64,000 bases of DNA, taken from positions 434,001-498,000 of the forward strand of contig QPGO01000044.1 of NCBI GenBank assembly GCA_008632985.1. The letters are read 5' to 3'. Of this stretch, positions 24,454 to 35,800 are shown piece by piece (within the stretch, counting starts at the first letter, position 1; each line of letters opens with the position of its first letter). The position numbers were made by a program, and so were the translations under genes. Source of the stretch: Psammoneis japonica. Its lineage: Eukaryota. The notes beneath the pieces are model-generated. The model searched no databases and was not told the origin of the DNA. It saw only the letters and a program-made list of their open reading frames with translations.

Positions 24454-25662
24454 CTATTGCAGCATTATATAGTTTTGTTGTTTTTCTTCCAAAGAGGGTG
24501 AGCTTTTCTCGCCCTTCCAAACCATGGTCCCTCTCTTCCGTATCGGCGCCCACTGAAAACAACGGCGAATTCGCTTGGGCGTCAAATTGTGCCCCATAAT
24601 GTAGTAATTATCCCTTACACAGTTTCCTTGAAAAGCAAACATTTTCGATTGGACCCATGTGGCGTTGAAGGGCGCTTCATCCAGCCAAATCCCCATGGAG
24701 GTATCTTCTCCCTGATAATATCTGAATAAAATATCAGAAGCAGTGGAAAGATATTCAGCAATGGCGCGAGAAAATACATAGCCTCTGGAACCTCTCGGCC
24801 ACAATGGATATGTTGACTCAGGATAATAGCGCTCTGCCCATCTACTATGATGACGGAGTACAGTTGCGTTCGTTGCAATGTCACCCATGATGGTGTGCTC
24901 AGAGTGATTGAAAGACGAAACATAGTCCCGAAGACTTGGCATACGCATCACCATGTCATCATCTGCTTTCGCAATCCATTGTGCTTCCGTGTGGTTCACA
25001 ATCCATGATATGCCACCAATTAGTTTTAGAGGCAAAGATCGATAAGATTCCTTGACAGCCACCAAAAGCAGATCATTGTATTCTGATTGCTCTTTCACCA
25101 AAGCTTCGTCAAGATCATGGTTGTCACCTTTTAGATGGGCGCGCTTGCGTCTAGTTTGACGTGGAGGACGTTGTTGTTTGAGTGATTCGGAGGTTGCGTT
25201 CATCGCTCGGCAGGCCAAGTCTTCGCGTTGACCGAAGGGGATGTCGCACTTGGTTCCCACTACAAAGTATACGTTGTCGTGTGCCCATGTCTCTCGTATA
25301 GCTTGTCGTTGTGCAAAATTACTCCGTGCGCTCAAAACCAGAACCACCAGGGAGTCATTGGTTGGTCGAGGCTCGATCCAATTTGACGGAATTGTTGTGT
25401 TTTCCATGGACCGATCCACATTTTCTTTCTTCAAGATTTCCACGGTTTTATTTCTCAACGCTGACACCGGATGCTGGAGTGGTGGAAGGTTAAATGCATT
25501 CAAGTAATCGTCGTCATTGTAATAGTTCGTTTGCAAACGCTGAATATTGCGAATATTCCACAACAACAACAACAGCGCACATGTTGTCCATAATATTATC
25601 CCCCAGCGTCGAACCTTTTGGCATGGCTCACTGGTAGCAAATGGTATTTTCTTAGTCTTCAT
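24454..25662 (-). CDS. Glycosyltransferase family 31 (beta-1,3-galactosyltransferase-like)
   Basis: 402 aa; N-terminal TM; VLSARSNFAQRQAIRETW, WIAKADDD, GEDTSMGIWL. Confidence 0.88.
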   Translation of the reverse strand: MKTKKIPFATSEPCQKVRRWGIILWTTCALLLLLWNIRNIQRLQTNYYNDDDYLNAFNLPPLQHPVSALRNKTVEILKKENVDRSMENTTIPSNWIEPRPTNDSLVVLVLSARSNFAQRQAIRETWAHDNVYFVVGTKCDIPFGQREDLACRAMNATSESLKQQRPPRQTRRKRAHLKGDNHDLDEALVKEQSEYNDLLLVAVKESYRSLPLKLIGGISWIVNHTEAQWIAKADDDMVMRMPSLRDYVSSFNHSEHTIMGDIATNATVLRHHSRWAERYYPESTYPLWPRGSRGYVFSRAIAEYLSTASDILFRYYQGEDTSMGIWLDEAPFNATWVQSKMFAFQGNCVRDNYYIMGHNLTPKRIRRCFQWAPIRKRGTMVWKGEKSSPSLEEKQQNYIMLQ

Positions 25663-26038
25663 CTTCTCTTCCAGGAGTACGATAACGCACGGGTGCTAAT
25701 AGGGTTACCATATAAGTGTGGTGAGTGGTGATTGTGCAACTCTTGATGTCTCGTCGAAAAATGTGAGCAGCTTCACCACAGATATACATCCGCGAGGATA
25801 TGATTATTCGCTGATATGACGTTTCATAAATGTTAGAAAGTATGCATATATCGTTTTCTCTCTCAACGCACAATCTGCCTCCAACGCTCGGGCATAAATA
25901 ACTTTTGCAAAGGGATGAATATGTTTATTTTCCCTCCTCACATTTTTCACGCACACCCAAAAATAGTTTTTGTTTCATGTCCCTCTCGACTTCGGCATCC
26001 CTTGTCTCTGCTCTATGAAGTAGAAGGGTGGCAACGAT

Positions 26039-27079
26039 ATGCTAGGATTAAGGTCATTTTTCTTGCTCATTGGTGTCCTATATCTCCCGCTTTTGCTGAT
26101 ATCTCTCAAGCTTTCTCTTCCACCAAGGGAAACCACGATCTGGGAAGATGCGAATGACTACGCGCTACCAGGCGATGAACACGAAAAGACGGCTAATATC
26201 AACAGGGGAAGGAAACGCCCATTACAGTTTGTGCACATTACAAAAACCGGCGGGACTGCTATAGAAGCTGCTGCAGCAAAGGCCGGTGTGACTTGGGGCA
26301 TGTGTCACTATCTACGAAATGAATTGTGCGTTCAAGACAACAGCAGCTCGATTATCAGAAATCCTTCTATTGCCTCCCCAATGCACTTTAAGTTCGAGAA
26401 GTGGCATACGCCTCATACTTGGTTCAAGTCGCCGTCGGTCTATACCAACGCAGATACCTTTGTGGTCTTAAGAAATCCGTATGATAGGATGATCAGTGAA
26501 TATTATTGCAAGTTTTACGGGCGTGACGCACAGATCCGGAAAAGAGGAGGTTCGAGATTGCACCGAAGAAGCGGTACACGAAACAGGATTTCTCATCTTG
26601 ACGGAGATGCACGGGTGAGAGAGCGACGACTCGGGCGCGCTACTCAAGACAAGCGTTGGCCGCGTAATCATGTTACAGAACGTTGGCCGAGAAATATTGG
26701 TACTCGGAGTACCAAGAAAAAGAAAACACCAGAAGACTTGAATAAGTGGATTCAACAAGAATTGAAAGCAGGCTTCAACACAAAGACGGCGCATTTGTTT
26801 CCGCAGCATTTCTACGTGTATGATGACACTGGGAAACAAACCGTTACCCACATTTTGAAATACGAAACACTCCACGATGAATTTTCGCGCTTGATGAAGG
26901 ACTACGGCCTTCCTGTCGTCTTGCCCTCTAGTACCAATGGGTTCGTCAATGCAGGCATCAGTGGAGGCATGGAAAAAAAGATGACGTTTGCAGATCTGAC
27001 GCCTAGAACTATTCAAATGATCAACGAAGTCTACACAGATGACTTTCAATTACTTGACTACCCAATGCAGAAGGGCTAG
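26039..27079 (+). CDS. Type II membrane sulfotransferase (Sulfotransfer_2 family)
   Basis: 346 aa; TM; FVHITKTGGTAIE, VLRNPYDRMISEY, HILKYETL, YTDDFQLLDY. Confidence 0.87.
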   Translation: MLGLRSFFLLIGVLYLPLLLISLKLSLPPRETTIWEDANDYALPGDEHEKTANINRGRKRPLQFVHITKTGGTAIEAAAAKAGVTWGMCHYLRNELCVQDNSSSIIRNPSIASPMHFKFEKWHTPHTWFKSPSVYTNADTFVVLRNPYDRMISEYYCKFYGRDAQIRKRGGSRLHRRSGTRNRISHLDGDARVRERRLGRATQDKRWPRNHVTERWPRNIGTRSTKKKKTPEDLNKWIQQELKAGFNTKTAHLFPQHFYVYDDTGKQTVTHILKYETLHDEFSRLMKDYGLPVVLPSSTNGFVNAGISGGMEKKMTFADLTPRTIQMINEVYTDDFQLLDYPMQKG

Positions 27080-27307
27080 TACATATACGATGGCATGAGT
27101 CGACTCGCGAATCAACCAGAGCTGTGAAAATCAAGAAGCAGAAGAAAATATCTTTCATGCGTGCAGTGCTCCCCAGAGCACCAAAGCGTACAGGAAAGTA
27201 GCAATCTCAAAGCCAGCGCACAACCAACGCCGCCGACATGTATCGCAATTCACTACTTCTAAATGACATAAATGATGAACAAGACGATGCTACTCTTGCA
27301 TCAGCAA

Positions 27308-28370
27308 TCACAGCAATGTAGAGAATAGAAGTTCAACGATGCCTGATGTGTTCAAAACCACATCAGCGTCATGGGACGCATCATTCTTGTGGAAAGGAAA
27401 GATCACAGACTTGGCATGGATGCAGTGACAGTGTGCCACAGGACCACAAACTTTACCGCACTGTCCCTCATTTGCTGACCCAGCCACTGTCATGTTGCCT
27501 TGTTCCTTAGATGGAAGCCACCTCATGTTGGTCAAACTTGCACCATGCCCGCCAATCAGAGCATGTGCCTTGCTAAAATGGTTGGCGCAATCTCTGGGCA
27601 AGAAATTTGCAGCTCTGCATCAGAAGGAACATCAAAAGAAATGTGTGGACACATCTCTTTGAGTCTTTCCATAAGGGCCTTGAAATTCCAAGCTTGTCAC
27701 TGGATTTCTCTTTTTAACTCACCAGTCATCTTTGTGCAAGTGGGAGGATTGACAAACAACTGTTGGGTGCAGCTTGGTGCAGAGCCACGTCTGCAACAAT
27801 GCCATGTTTGCTCAACATGCAGGCCACAAATTTGCCACAATTCTTAAAATGAAGCTCATTGCATTGTTGTTTTTGTGTGGGAAAAATCAATGTTGGAAGA
27901 GTGGTGTGATGATTTTCTTGGCAGAGGATCAATCTCCCAGTCAAACAATGAGAACAATGGAATCTTGCTAAGACGATTCTTTTTTGGTGTCACGCCAGTC
28001 GACACCTGACTGTTCCAACATTTTGCACTGTAATCAAGATGGGATGGTGCAGCATGCATGGGTTGGTTGGGGCATCTGTGCTTGTTCTTCATGGGCACAT
28101 CATCACCCTGCCTTGGATGAAGCTCTTGAAGCAGCTCCAAACAATGGCACAAGTTGCTTTGCATTTAGAGACAACGACTGCAAAGGGGTTGCCAAGGCAT
28201 GTGCTGAACCTTGTTGGTCAAACAGCTCTGGAGCAGGAGCACAAGATTGGGGAAGCAATGGTGCAGGCTGGGCCATGCTCGCAAGTGGGCTTGTGGCATT
28301 TTATGCAAGTGTGGTGACAATGGTTCTCTTCAAGTGCAGCGTGAAGAAAGAGAAGCTGCATTGATTGTTG
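27308..28370 (-). pseudogene. Hypermutated glycosyltransferase family 61-like relic
   Basis: C-terminal FSKAHALIGGHGASLTNMRWLP matches the GT61 HGAGLTN motif; upstream SNLCHCLE resembles NxYH. Broken frames; 5' limit uncertain. Confidence 0.6.
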
Positions 28371-30650
28371 ATGGCTCTGCTGGCATGACAAAGGAATGGA
28401 GATTCAATGCAAGTGACATCATTCTCAATGACAAAGTGCTGTGTCCTTTGCAGCCATCATCTTTTGCCACTCTTCCACCCAAGCAATTGAACATTGTGGC
28501 AAGCAGGCACTGAGTGCTGAAACAGTCCAGCATGCATTGGCAATGGGGTGTGCCACAACAAATGACTTGGCGTGAACCCTGGACAAGGATGCATGCAATG
28601 ACATCACATGCACTGCGACCGTCATCACACACAGCAGTCTAATTGTGTGCATGCAGAATGAACAACATGCTGACAAAGATTGCCATGTCACACTTTTAGC
28701 ATTTCCACTTCTGTTGTGAAGGCATGCCAACAAAGATTGCCACATCGTGCTTTCAGCATTTCCACATCTGTTGTGAAGGTCCAAAGCATGTTTCTTAAAA
28801 ATTGAAACACGCCAATGTCAAAAGCAGCTGCCAGCATTGAAATCAGTTGTGCAGGTTTGCCTCAAAAGCACGATCAAAAGATGGTGTTAAGGATGTGTGC
28901 ACTTCACATCAAGAAACAATGAACTTTTGTTTGGCAAAGCTGCTGAGTCATGCTTGAGCTCTGAGCTCTGTTGGCCACTGGTGCCTCCATGGGAAGACTT
29001 GAGGGGGGGGGGGCATGTGCAGAAACAAACAGTGTTTTGGTGGCAGACTGTGACAATGGATTTCACGGCATGTGTCAACAGGTGAAAAAGTCATGTCTGT
29101 TCCTGCTGCAAGAAATTCTGGCACATCTGGCATTTCCCTGATGACATTGTCAGGCATCCAAGGTTCTTGTTGGAGTGAATGTCTTTCCCTGATGGGGCCA
29201 GCTGCAGGTCCACCATGGTGGTGGAGGAAGAAAATGGCAAAAAATTGTGTAAAAATGCAAGCACATTTTAGAAGCTACGACAACAACCAGCGGGCCTTTT
29301 TTGACAGTGGATGAAGTGTCGATTCCTGCCGCATGTTTTTGGGTGTGGAGAACTCAACTGTGGGGTCTGTTCATTGTTTCTGTTGTTGAAGATTTGAAAA
29401 AATTGCGGCCCATGTCTGGGCCACAAACGGGCATCTGATGCGATTGGCATTGGCAACAACAACAACGCATCTTCCGACAGGGGGCTCTGGCTCTGCAAAA
29501 AAACCCAGAACTTCACAAGAGAAATGAAAGCATGTTGCACCATGATTGTGTGTGAGCAAAACAAGAGGTTGGGCATGCTCAATGGCCCGCCCTGAGGGTG
29601 AGGGGTTGTCCAGCTTGATGAAGGCCTCTTTCTGGGCAGCACCCATCACTCACATCATGCGTGACTTGAGTCACAGCAGCACCCACAGTTGCCCTTCCTT
29701 TTCACCAATTGTCTGAGCATCTTTCATGATGAGCACCACACATCTTCTGGAGGGCACTCAGCTCCATTGTCAGAAGATTTCTCACCACACAAAAATGCTG
29801 CACTTCTTAAATCTGAAAACAGGAGGCAGGCGCAAAGCAGCAAGCGTGCTGACTTCATCCACATTTTGAGCAGCTTTTGCAAAGTTCAGGAACAGGGTTT
29901 CTTGATCTCTGCTGGAAGCAGAGGGCTCATCAGTGAAAATGTGGAATGTGGTGCCTCTCACATGACTGACTCTGGCAAAATCCAAGCAGAGTTTTCACAC
30001 TGCCGGGCCCACAAGAAGCAACTTGACACCTGCCATTTTCTTCTTTGCTGCTACGCCATCAGGCTCGTCTCCTCTGAGCCAGTGCCTTGAGCCTCTGGGG
30101 CTGGAGCAAGGAGCGAGCTGTCACTCGTTGAGGTTTGCAGGGCCATTGCGCCGACTCTTGAAGTCAGTTGATGTTCAGACACCAAGCATGCATGCAGGAA
30201 ATCACATCACTGTCAACCTGCTGCATGCACGCACTGCAAACACAACGTTTCTCCACAGGGCCCCACTGTCAAAAATTCAAATGTCATGCAATTATTCGGA
30301 TTCTGATGTTAATGTAAATAACGTGCGTCATGACACAGGCTCAAATGATGGATTCGAGGTACGAGCTCCACAAAAACAGCACGGGAACAGTGCGCGACGA
30401 ATGGCCAACGGCCGTTTCCACCTGCAGTGCAGCTGCTAAAAAATGACTGTGCCACCACAAATGGAGGTCTGAATGAACAATGCTACACCAATCCTCATCA
30501 CATTGATGCATGAATGGATCCTGAGCAGCTTTGTTGCTGCAGTCCATGGATCCATTGACTTGCTCCTCGTGGCTCTCCTCTGTTTCTCCAGTGCCTCTCA
30601 TTGAACTCTTCTGGCTTTTGAAAATTTCAACTAGTTTCTCCTTATTGTAC
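27330..30650. other. CpG- and TpA-depleted hypermutated block 4
   Basis: Same signature; includes a 2 x ~57 bp repeat at ~28675-28780 and a decayed minus-strand gene starting near 30742. Confidence 0.78.
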
Positions 30651-30984
30651 TGACCTTCACGAATAAAGATGACACAGTCAACAAACATGATGGAGCACAT
30701 TCTTCCGTCTTCGGAGGCTTCTTCGGCGGCACCATGGTGCATCTTTTATGTCGTGTCGATGCGATGTGGGGATCCTACGTAGGACGTAGTACTAATTCTA
30801 CGTATGTGACGTGGAGGGCCTTAAATCACGACCATGTTATCATCCTCGCTCGTCGGACATTTTGGTTCGCGCACCAAAACTCATCAACTATACGGATTTG
30901 AAAAAGCGGAATATTTTTTTTTCTGACAAGTTCAACGAGATCTTCATATATGTAGTTCTTAGCCGGGCCTTAAATTGCGTTCTA

Positions 30985-31347
30985 TGGGGACATACCGAAT
31001 GATTTTAGCCAGTGGCTAAAATCTTGTGTAGACACATACCACTTTTGTACGCTGGTATATTTTCTACACAGAAAATATTTACTATCCATTTTAATGAACC
31101 TATAAATGTCATATCTGTAACGGTTTGCTGCTTACTATAACGTTCGTTAATATAAAACCTTCAGCTTTTCAAGCCTTTAAAAATAAATACAAAAACAAAA
31201 AACTACAAATAATAATATGTATATAAAAGAAAACAATGGGGTGGCGTTAAAAGGCGTTATAATTAAATAAATCGCATACCAGGAGAAATGCGTAGAATTG
31301 TACAGGAGGTTTTTAGCCACTGGCTAAATTTATTCGGGATGTCCCCA
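30985..31347. mobile_element. MITE with ~35-bp terminal inverted repeats and TA target-site duplication (Tc1/mariner-type)
   Basis: Left TA|TGGGGACATACCGAATGATTTTAGCCAGTGGCTAAAA; right end reverse-complemented TA|TGGGGACATCCCGAATAAATTTAGCCAGTGGCTAAAA; AT-rich non-coding interior. Confidence 0.8.
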
Positions 31348-31438
31348 TACTCTACTACAGTGTATTCAACGACCTCAATATCAAAACTGCACCACCTTTT
31401 TGCTCTGCCATGTAGAAGAGTATGTACAAATAATAACA

Positions 31439-32725
31439 ATGCACACAGCAGTAGATGGAAAGGCTATGGCGAGAGATTTGCAACGCCGATTTGGCATCTG
31501 CCTCCTGGTGTGCCTGTTGCCAGTTCCTCTTATTCATATCCAACCAGTGTTCCTTTCGGATGAACCCGAGGAGAGTGGTCTTCGAAACAGCACTCTGCCA
31601 ATAACACCAAAATCGACGGAGAGATTCCTACTGTACGGGGTCACATCTGGCTGGTCCAATCAATTGATTTCTCTGGAACACGCCCTTTGGCTCTGTAAAC
31701 TGACCAATCGGACTCTGGTACTACCGCCGGTTCTTACTCATTTTGAGAAACAACCCGACCACCCTCGAACAGGCAAAACCCTGTCCATACCCAAAATATA
31801 CACTTCCCTAATGGTATCTCGTCCACCAATGAAGCAAATTTTGAATCTGTCCTGGTCTGCCATTCCAACCATGGACTTTAAGGATTTCTCCCAAACAGAC
31901 ATTTTGCCACCGGAAATGCTCAAAGTGGATCACAGTGGCACTGGCAAATACAGCAACTGCAAAACAAATACCTTTACCGCCAACCGCAGTCGTCACGGGA
32001 TGAAGGAATATACCATGATGTGTAATGGCGATGCACACCAGACCAAGGAACCATTTGAATTTTCCACTGCTCGCCACCCGGCCATGCTGCCCGAACAGGA
32101 CCAACAGGTGTGGATTCTCGATTTTGTATATCCGTTGGGTTTGTTTGACAACGAACTTGTCGAGCAAATGGGTGACATGCCACTGCTCTATGCCAATCCC
32201 ATTCGCGAGGAGGCTCGTCGTCTTTTAGCTAGCTGGGAACCTTGTGTCGCGGTCCACGTACGAGGAGGAGACTGGCCGTTCTCCACACAAAACTGGGATG
32301 CCGTCTTTCCAAAACTGAATAAATTCATTTCGGAGACTATCTCTCGTGTTGGCAATAGATCAGCGACGGTTCTCCTTTTGACAGATATAGTGGGAATTGC
32401 ACAGAAAAATGAGTCGGATCCAATGTATCAAAAATGGCTACAATACGAAAAAGAACAATCTCAGCAAGAACAACAAGAGAATCCCAATGCAACCAGACCA
32501 TGGAGGACCATATCAGCTGTAAACTACACCGACAGCATCCAGAAATTAAATCCCGTGGTTGGTGAGGAAGCTGCGGTTTATCTCGATCAACAATTGGCCG
32601 CGTGTGCAACCTTGGGCTTCCTTCATGATAACAATCCAAAAAAGTACCTTTCATCGACGCATCGACTCCATGCGGAAACAAGATATCAATCCATGTTGAT
32701 AAACGATAGGATATACAATGTATAG
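31439..32725 (+). CDS. GDP-fucose O-fucosyltransferase family protein (O-FucT/POFUT-like)
   Basis: TM; YGVTSGWSNQLISLEHALWLCKLTNRTLVLPP and VAVHVRGGD; start may be 31439 or the next Met. Confidence 0.8.
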   Translation: MHTAVDGKAMARDLQRRFGICLLVCLLPVPLIHIQPVFLSDEPEESGLRNSTLPITPKSTERFLLYGVTSGWSNQLISLEHALWLCKLTNRTLVLPPVLTHFEKQPDHPRTGKTLSIPKIYTSLMVSRPPMKQILNLSWSAIPTMDFKDFSQTDILPPEMLKVDHSGTGKYSNCKTNTFTANRSRHGMKEYTMMCNGDAHQTKEPFEFSTARHPAMLPEQDQQVWILDFVYPLGLFDNELVEQMGDMPLLYANPIREEARRLLASWEPCVAVHVRGGDWPFSTQNWDAVFPKLNKFISETISRVGNRSATVLLLTDIVGIAQKNESDPMYQKWLQYEKEQSQQEQQENPNATRPWRTISAVNYTDSIQKLNPVVGEEAAVYLDQQLAACATLGFLHDNNPKKYLSSTHRLHAETRYQSMLINDRIYNV

Positions 32726-32833
32726 ACAGCGAAACTCTACCATTTCTATTCAAATTCTAATCTAAATCTTTTGTCCACGCAATCGCTTTCACGCATCTGC
32801 TAGAGGCAGGCAGCGCTTTTAGTAACAGGACTT

Positions 32834-35800
32834 TTACTCTACTTCCCTCGCAGCAACCTTCCTTGCTTTGTATTGAAGGTAAGTAACAGAAATCACATGG
32901 ATGGAGTGCTGTACTTTCTTCAAGAGCTGTAGTTGTCTCATTCGTTGCCTGACATCAGCTCCACTAACGGGCGAAGCGGTCGTGGCAATGCGCATGATGG
33001 AATGCGTTCGATCGATGCGGTATCCAAGCAACCCAAAAGAGATTCTAAAGAAGAAGTCACTCACACGCTTTCCCATTTGGTGGAACATAACAGTCATGGC
33101 GACGAAGCGCTGCAGCGATGCAATCCGAGTCTCGTAAAGCTCTTGAGCAAAGTGCTGGCTACGGGCCAACATGAAATCAACGGCATCTGTTTCCGACTTG
33201 CCCCCATTGATCTTGCGGAGAGTCTCTCCAAAGTACTTTTCATTGCTGGCTTCGACCTGGATGATGCCGCGATCGTCTCTGTTGCTTGGTGGTAGTTTGA
33301 CACCACTATGGAGATCGGAGATGCGTAGGAGTTCAAAGAATTCGTCAACATCCAAGTCTCCCGACCCATCTTCGTCCGCCAATCGAAAAAGAGATCGAAG
33401 GTGATCATCCGAGAGGGACGCCTGCAATCGATAGGATCCTTCAATGAACTCTTCTTCCGAAATGAAACCATTTCCGTCAAGGTCTAACGCATGGAAGAGT
33501 TTGCGAGCGGTGTCTGACCATTTTCGCTCTTTGATGGCCTCGTCCACCACCTTCTGCACTGTCAGGGCATCATCACTATCTGTTTCAACGGACGGGGACG
33601 ATGGCTGCTCAAAGTTAGCGTAAGCACCAATCAGAGCAGCAGCAGAACGACGCTTTTTGACACGTGGTTTGATGCTAGGATCGTGAATGCTAGTCGAGTG
33701 GTGACTGGATGCATCAAGAACAGACGCCATGTCGCGACGGCAGGGAATACAGTCCAGAATCGACCGCCTCCGAGGCATGATCGAATCGCTGTCGCCCTGA
33801 GCTCTCAACGACTGGGTTTCTTCATTGTAGTCAGTCTCGACCAGCATGCGCTCACATAAGAACAACGGCCGTTTGCGCTTGAGAAAGATAGCACTGTGGC
33901 TCAATGGAAGCTTGAATGGGTTGTGACCAATTGTAATGGACTCGCAAGTTCCACCAATTGACTGAATGCTACTCGCCTGGTTAATCGAAAGGGTAACGGA
34001 GGCTTCTGCAGTACTCAACGCCGACAGCCGTCCATCTGGTCGGCCACAAATCACCAAAGAACCACGAACTACCCTGTGCGTGTGCCGATGGACAAAGTGA
34101 TCCGCTGGATTTCCAGATAAGACGTTCAGACCAGCAATGCTGTAGGAGCAGGCAAAAAGCTTGCTCAGGAAGGCCTCAGCAGCCTGTGCCACGTATGGGA
34201 TATCTCCAATAACTACTGTCCTTCCCACCATGCGATGCTTCAAGTTTCGACCTTGGATCAATCGAAGAATCGTGATACAAATCTGTGGCATCCAAAAGTA
34301 AATGGCTGAATCAAAAAGACGCACTAAAAAGAACGAGAAAGATAGAATGAATAAGCTGTTAGCTCTGCTGGTTTTAAGGCACAATCAAAGCCGCAATCTC
34401 ATGCGTTCAAAGTTCTCACCTAGATACATCCAGTCACTCGAATCATCCAGACCAGCAGCAACGGCTACGCCAAAGCAAAGAGGATAACCGATTGTGACAG
34501 TGACAAAGATGTAAATGAACGTCATTATGTACGCTCGAGCATTCTCCAAAACATGATTTGCCCACAAATCACCTGCCTGGCGAAGTACAATCTCCGTGGC
34601 TGGCCTATGAAGGACAAAGGGCTCTGCCATGGTTGTGACACCGATTATCTCACACAGAGCTTCGATATTCTCTCTGTTGCATTTTTCAAGGATCTGTAGA
34701 TCTGTTTCGGTGATGACCGCTCCCGACATGCGGCGGAAACGGCGATCGCTCAAAATGACAACACAGATATACTCAAACAAATTCGTTAGAAGCTGGTGCG
34801 TTGCAACCACAGACACGGAGCACGGCTCTGCGGGACGCATACCAACTTCAGTAGAGAAGATACGGCTGTTGAAGATGTAATCTTCATCGACGTCATCTAG
34901 AGCGTCCATCGCTCGAAGTTGCTTTCCAATCTGGGTATCCCATTCACTTGTTACGACAAAGATATTCTTTGTTTGGCTCTGATTGAAAACAAGCGAACAA
35001 ATACTGAGGAAACACCAATCCTACGAATAAGTATCAACACTACACATCTCGACGGCATACCTGTAACAGATTGGAACACGAGAGCGGAGAAAATGTCCCA
35101 CCAGATCCTTGCACCCGAAGAGGTGTACGGAACAATTCGGTTGCACATGACTGATTTGTACCACCTAGAAGAAAGTAGAAGATCATGCCGCTAGGGTCTC
35201 GCTGCATTAACAATAATCTATTTCAAAATTAAAAATAGTTTCCATGTTTCCATTTAATATACTTCTACATGCCACTGCCCATTATTCTTGAGTTGCTTGA
35301 GTTTCTCCTATCAATCCTCTCCTTTGTTACTCGCAACTTGTTCCAGTGCGTCCTGGATTCCGGGCATCATCCCCTTCGCCTAGTTACATAATATCATTCC
35401 TATGATAAGGGATCACATGATAGCCATCAATGTCTGAGCCGCGGTCGTTGCCATTGTGATTGCCGGTATCGTCTGTTGTGTCGTCGTCGTGGTCGCGGTC
35501 GTTGCCAGTTGTACCAACTTCGTAATCTTTCCAAAACTCTAAACGGTTCCTCATTTCTATCAAGCTGGAAGTATTGATATTGGATAGAAGACTAGATACG
35601 TAGTTCAACTCGGTCTCGACAATGTTCTTGGTGTCATCTCTGGTTGTGAGAGGGATCTCGACGTAGCGCTTAGAAAACATCTTCTTCTGTGCACAAGCAA
35701 ACGTTCCTCTGTTCAACAAGGCATGTTCAATATAAAGCATAGCAATTTGATCGGCCACGTCTTCCTTGTCCAGAGCATCTTCTCCATTCGTTACCAAAAT

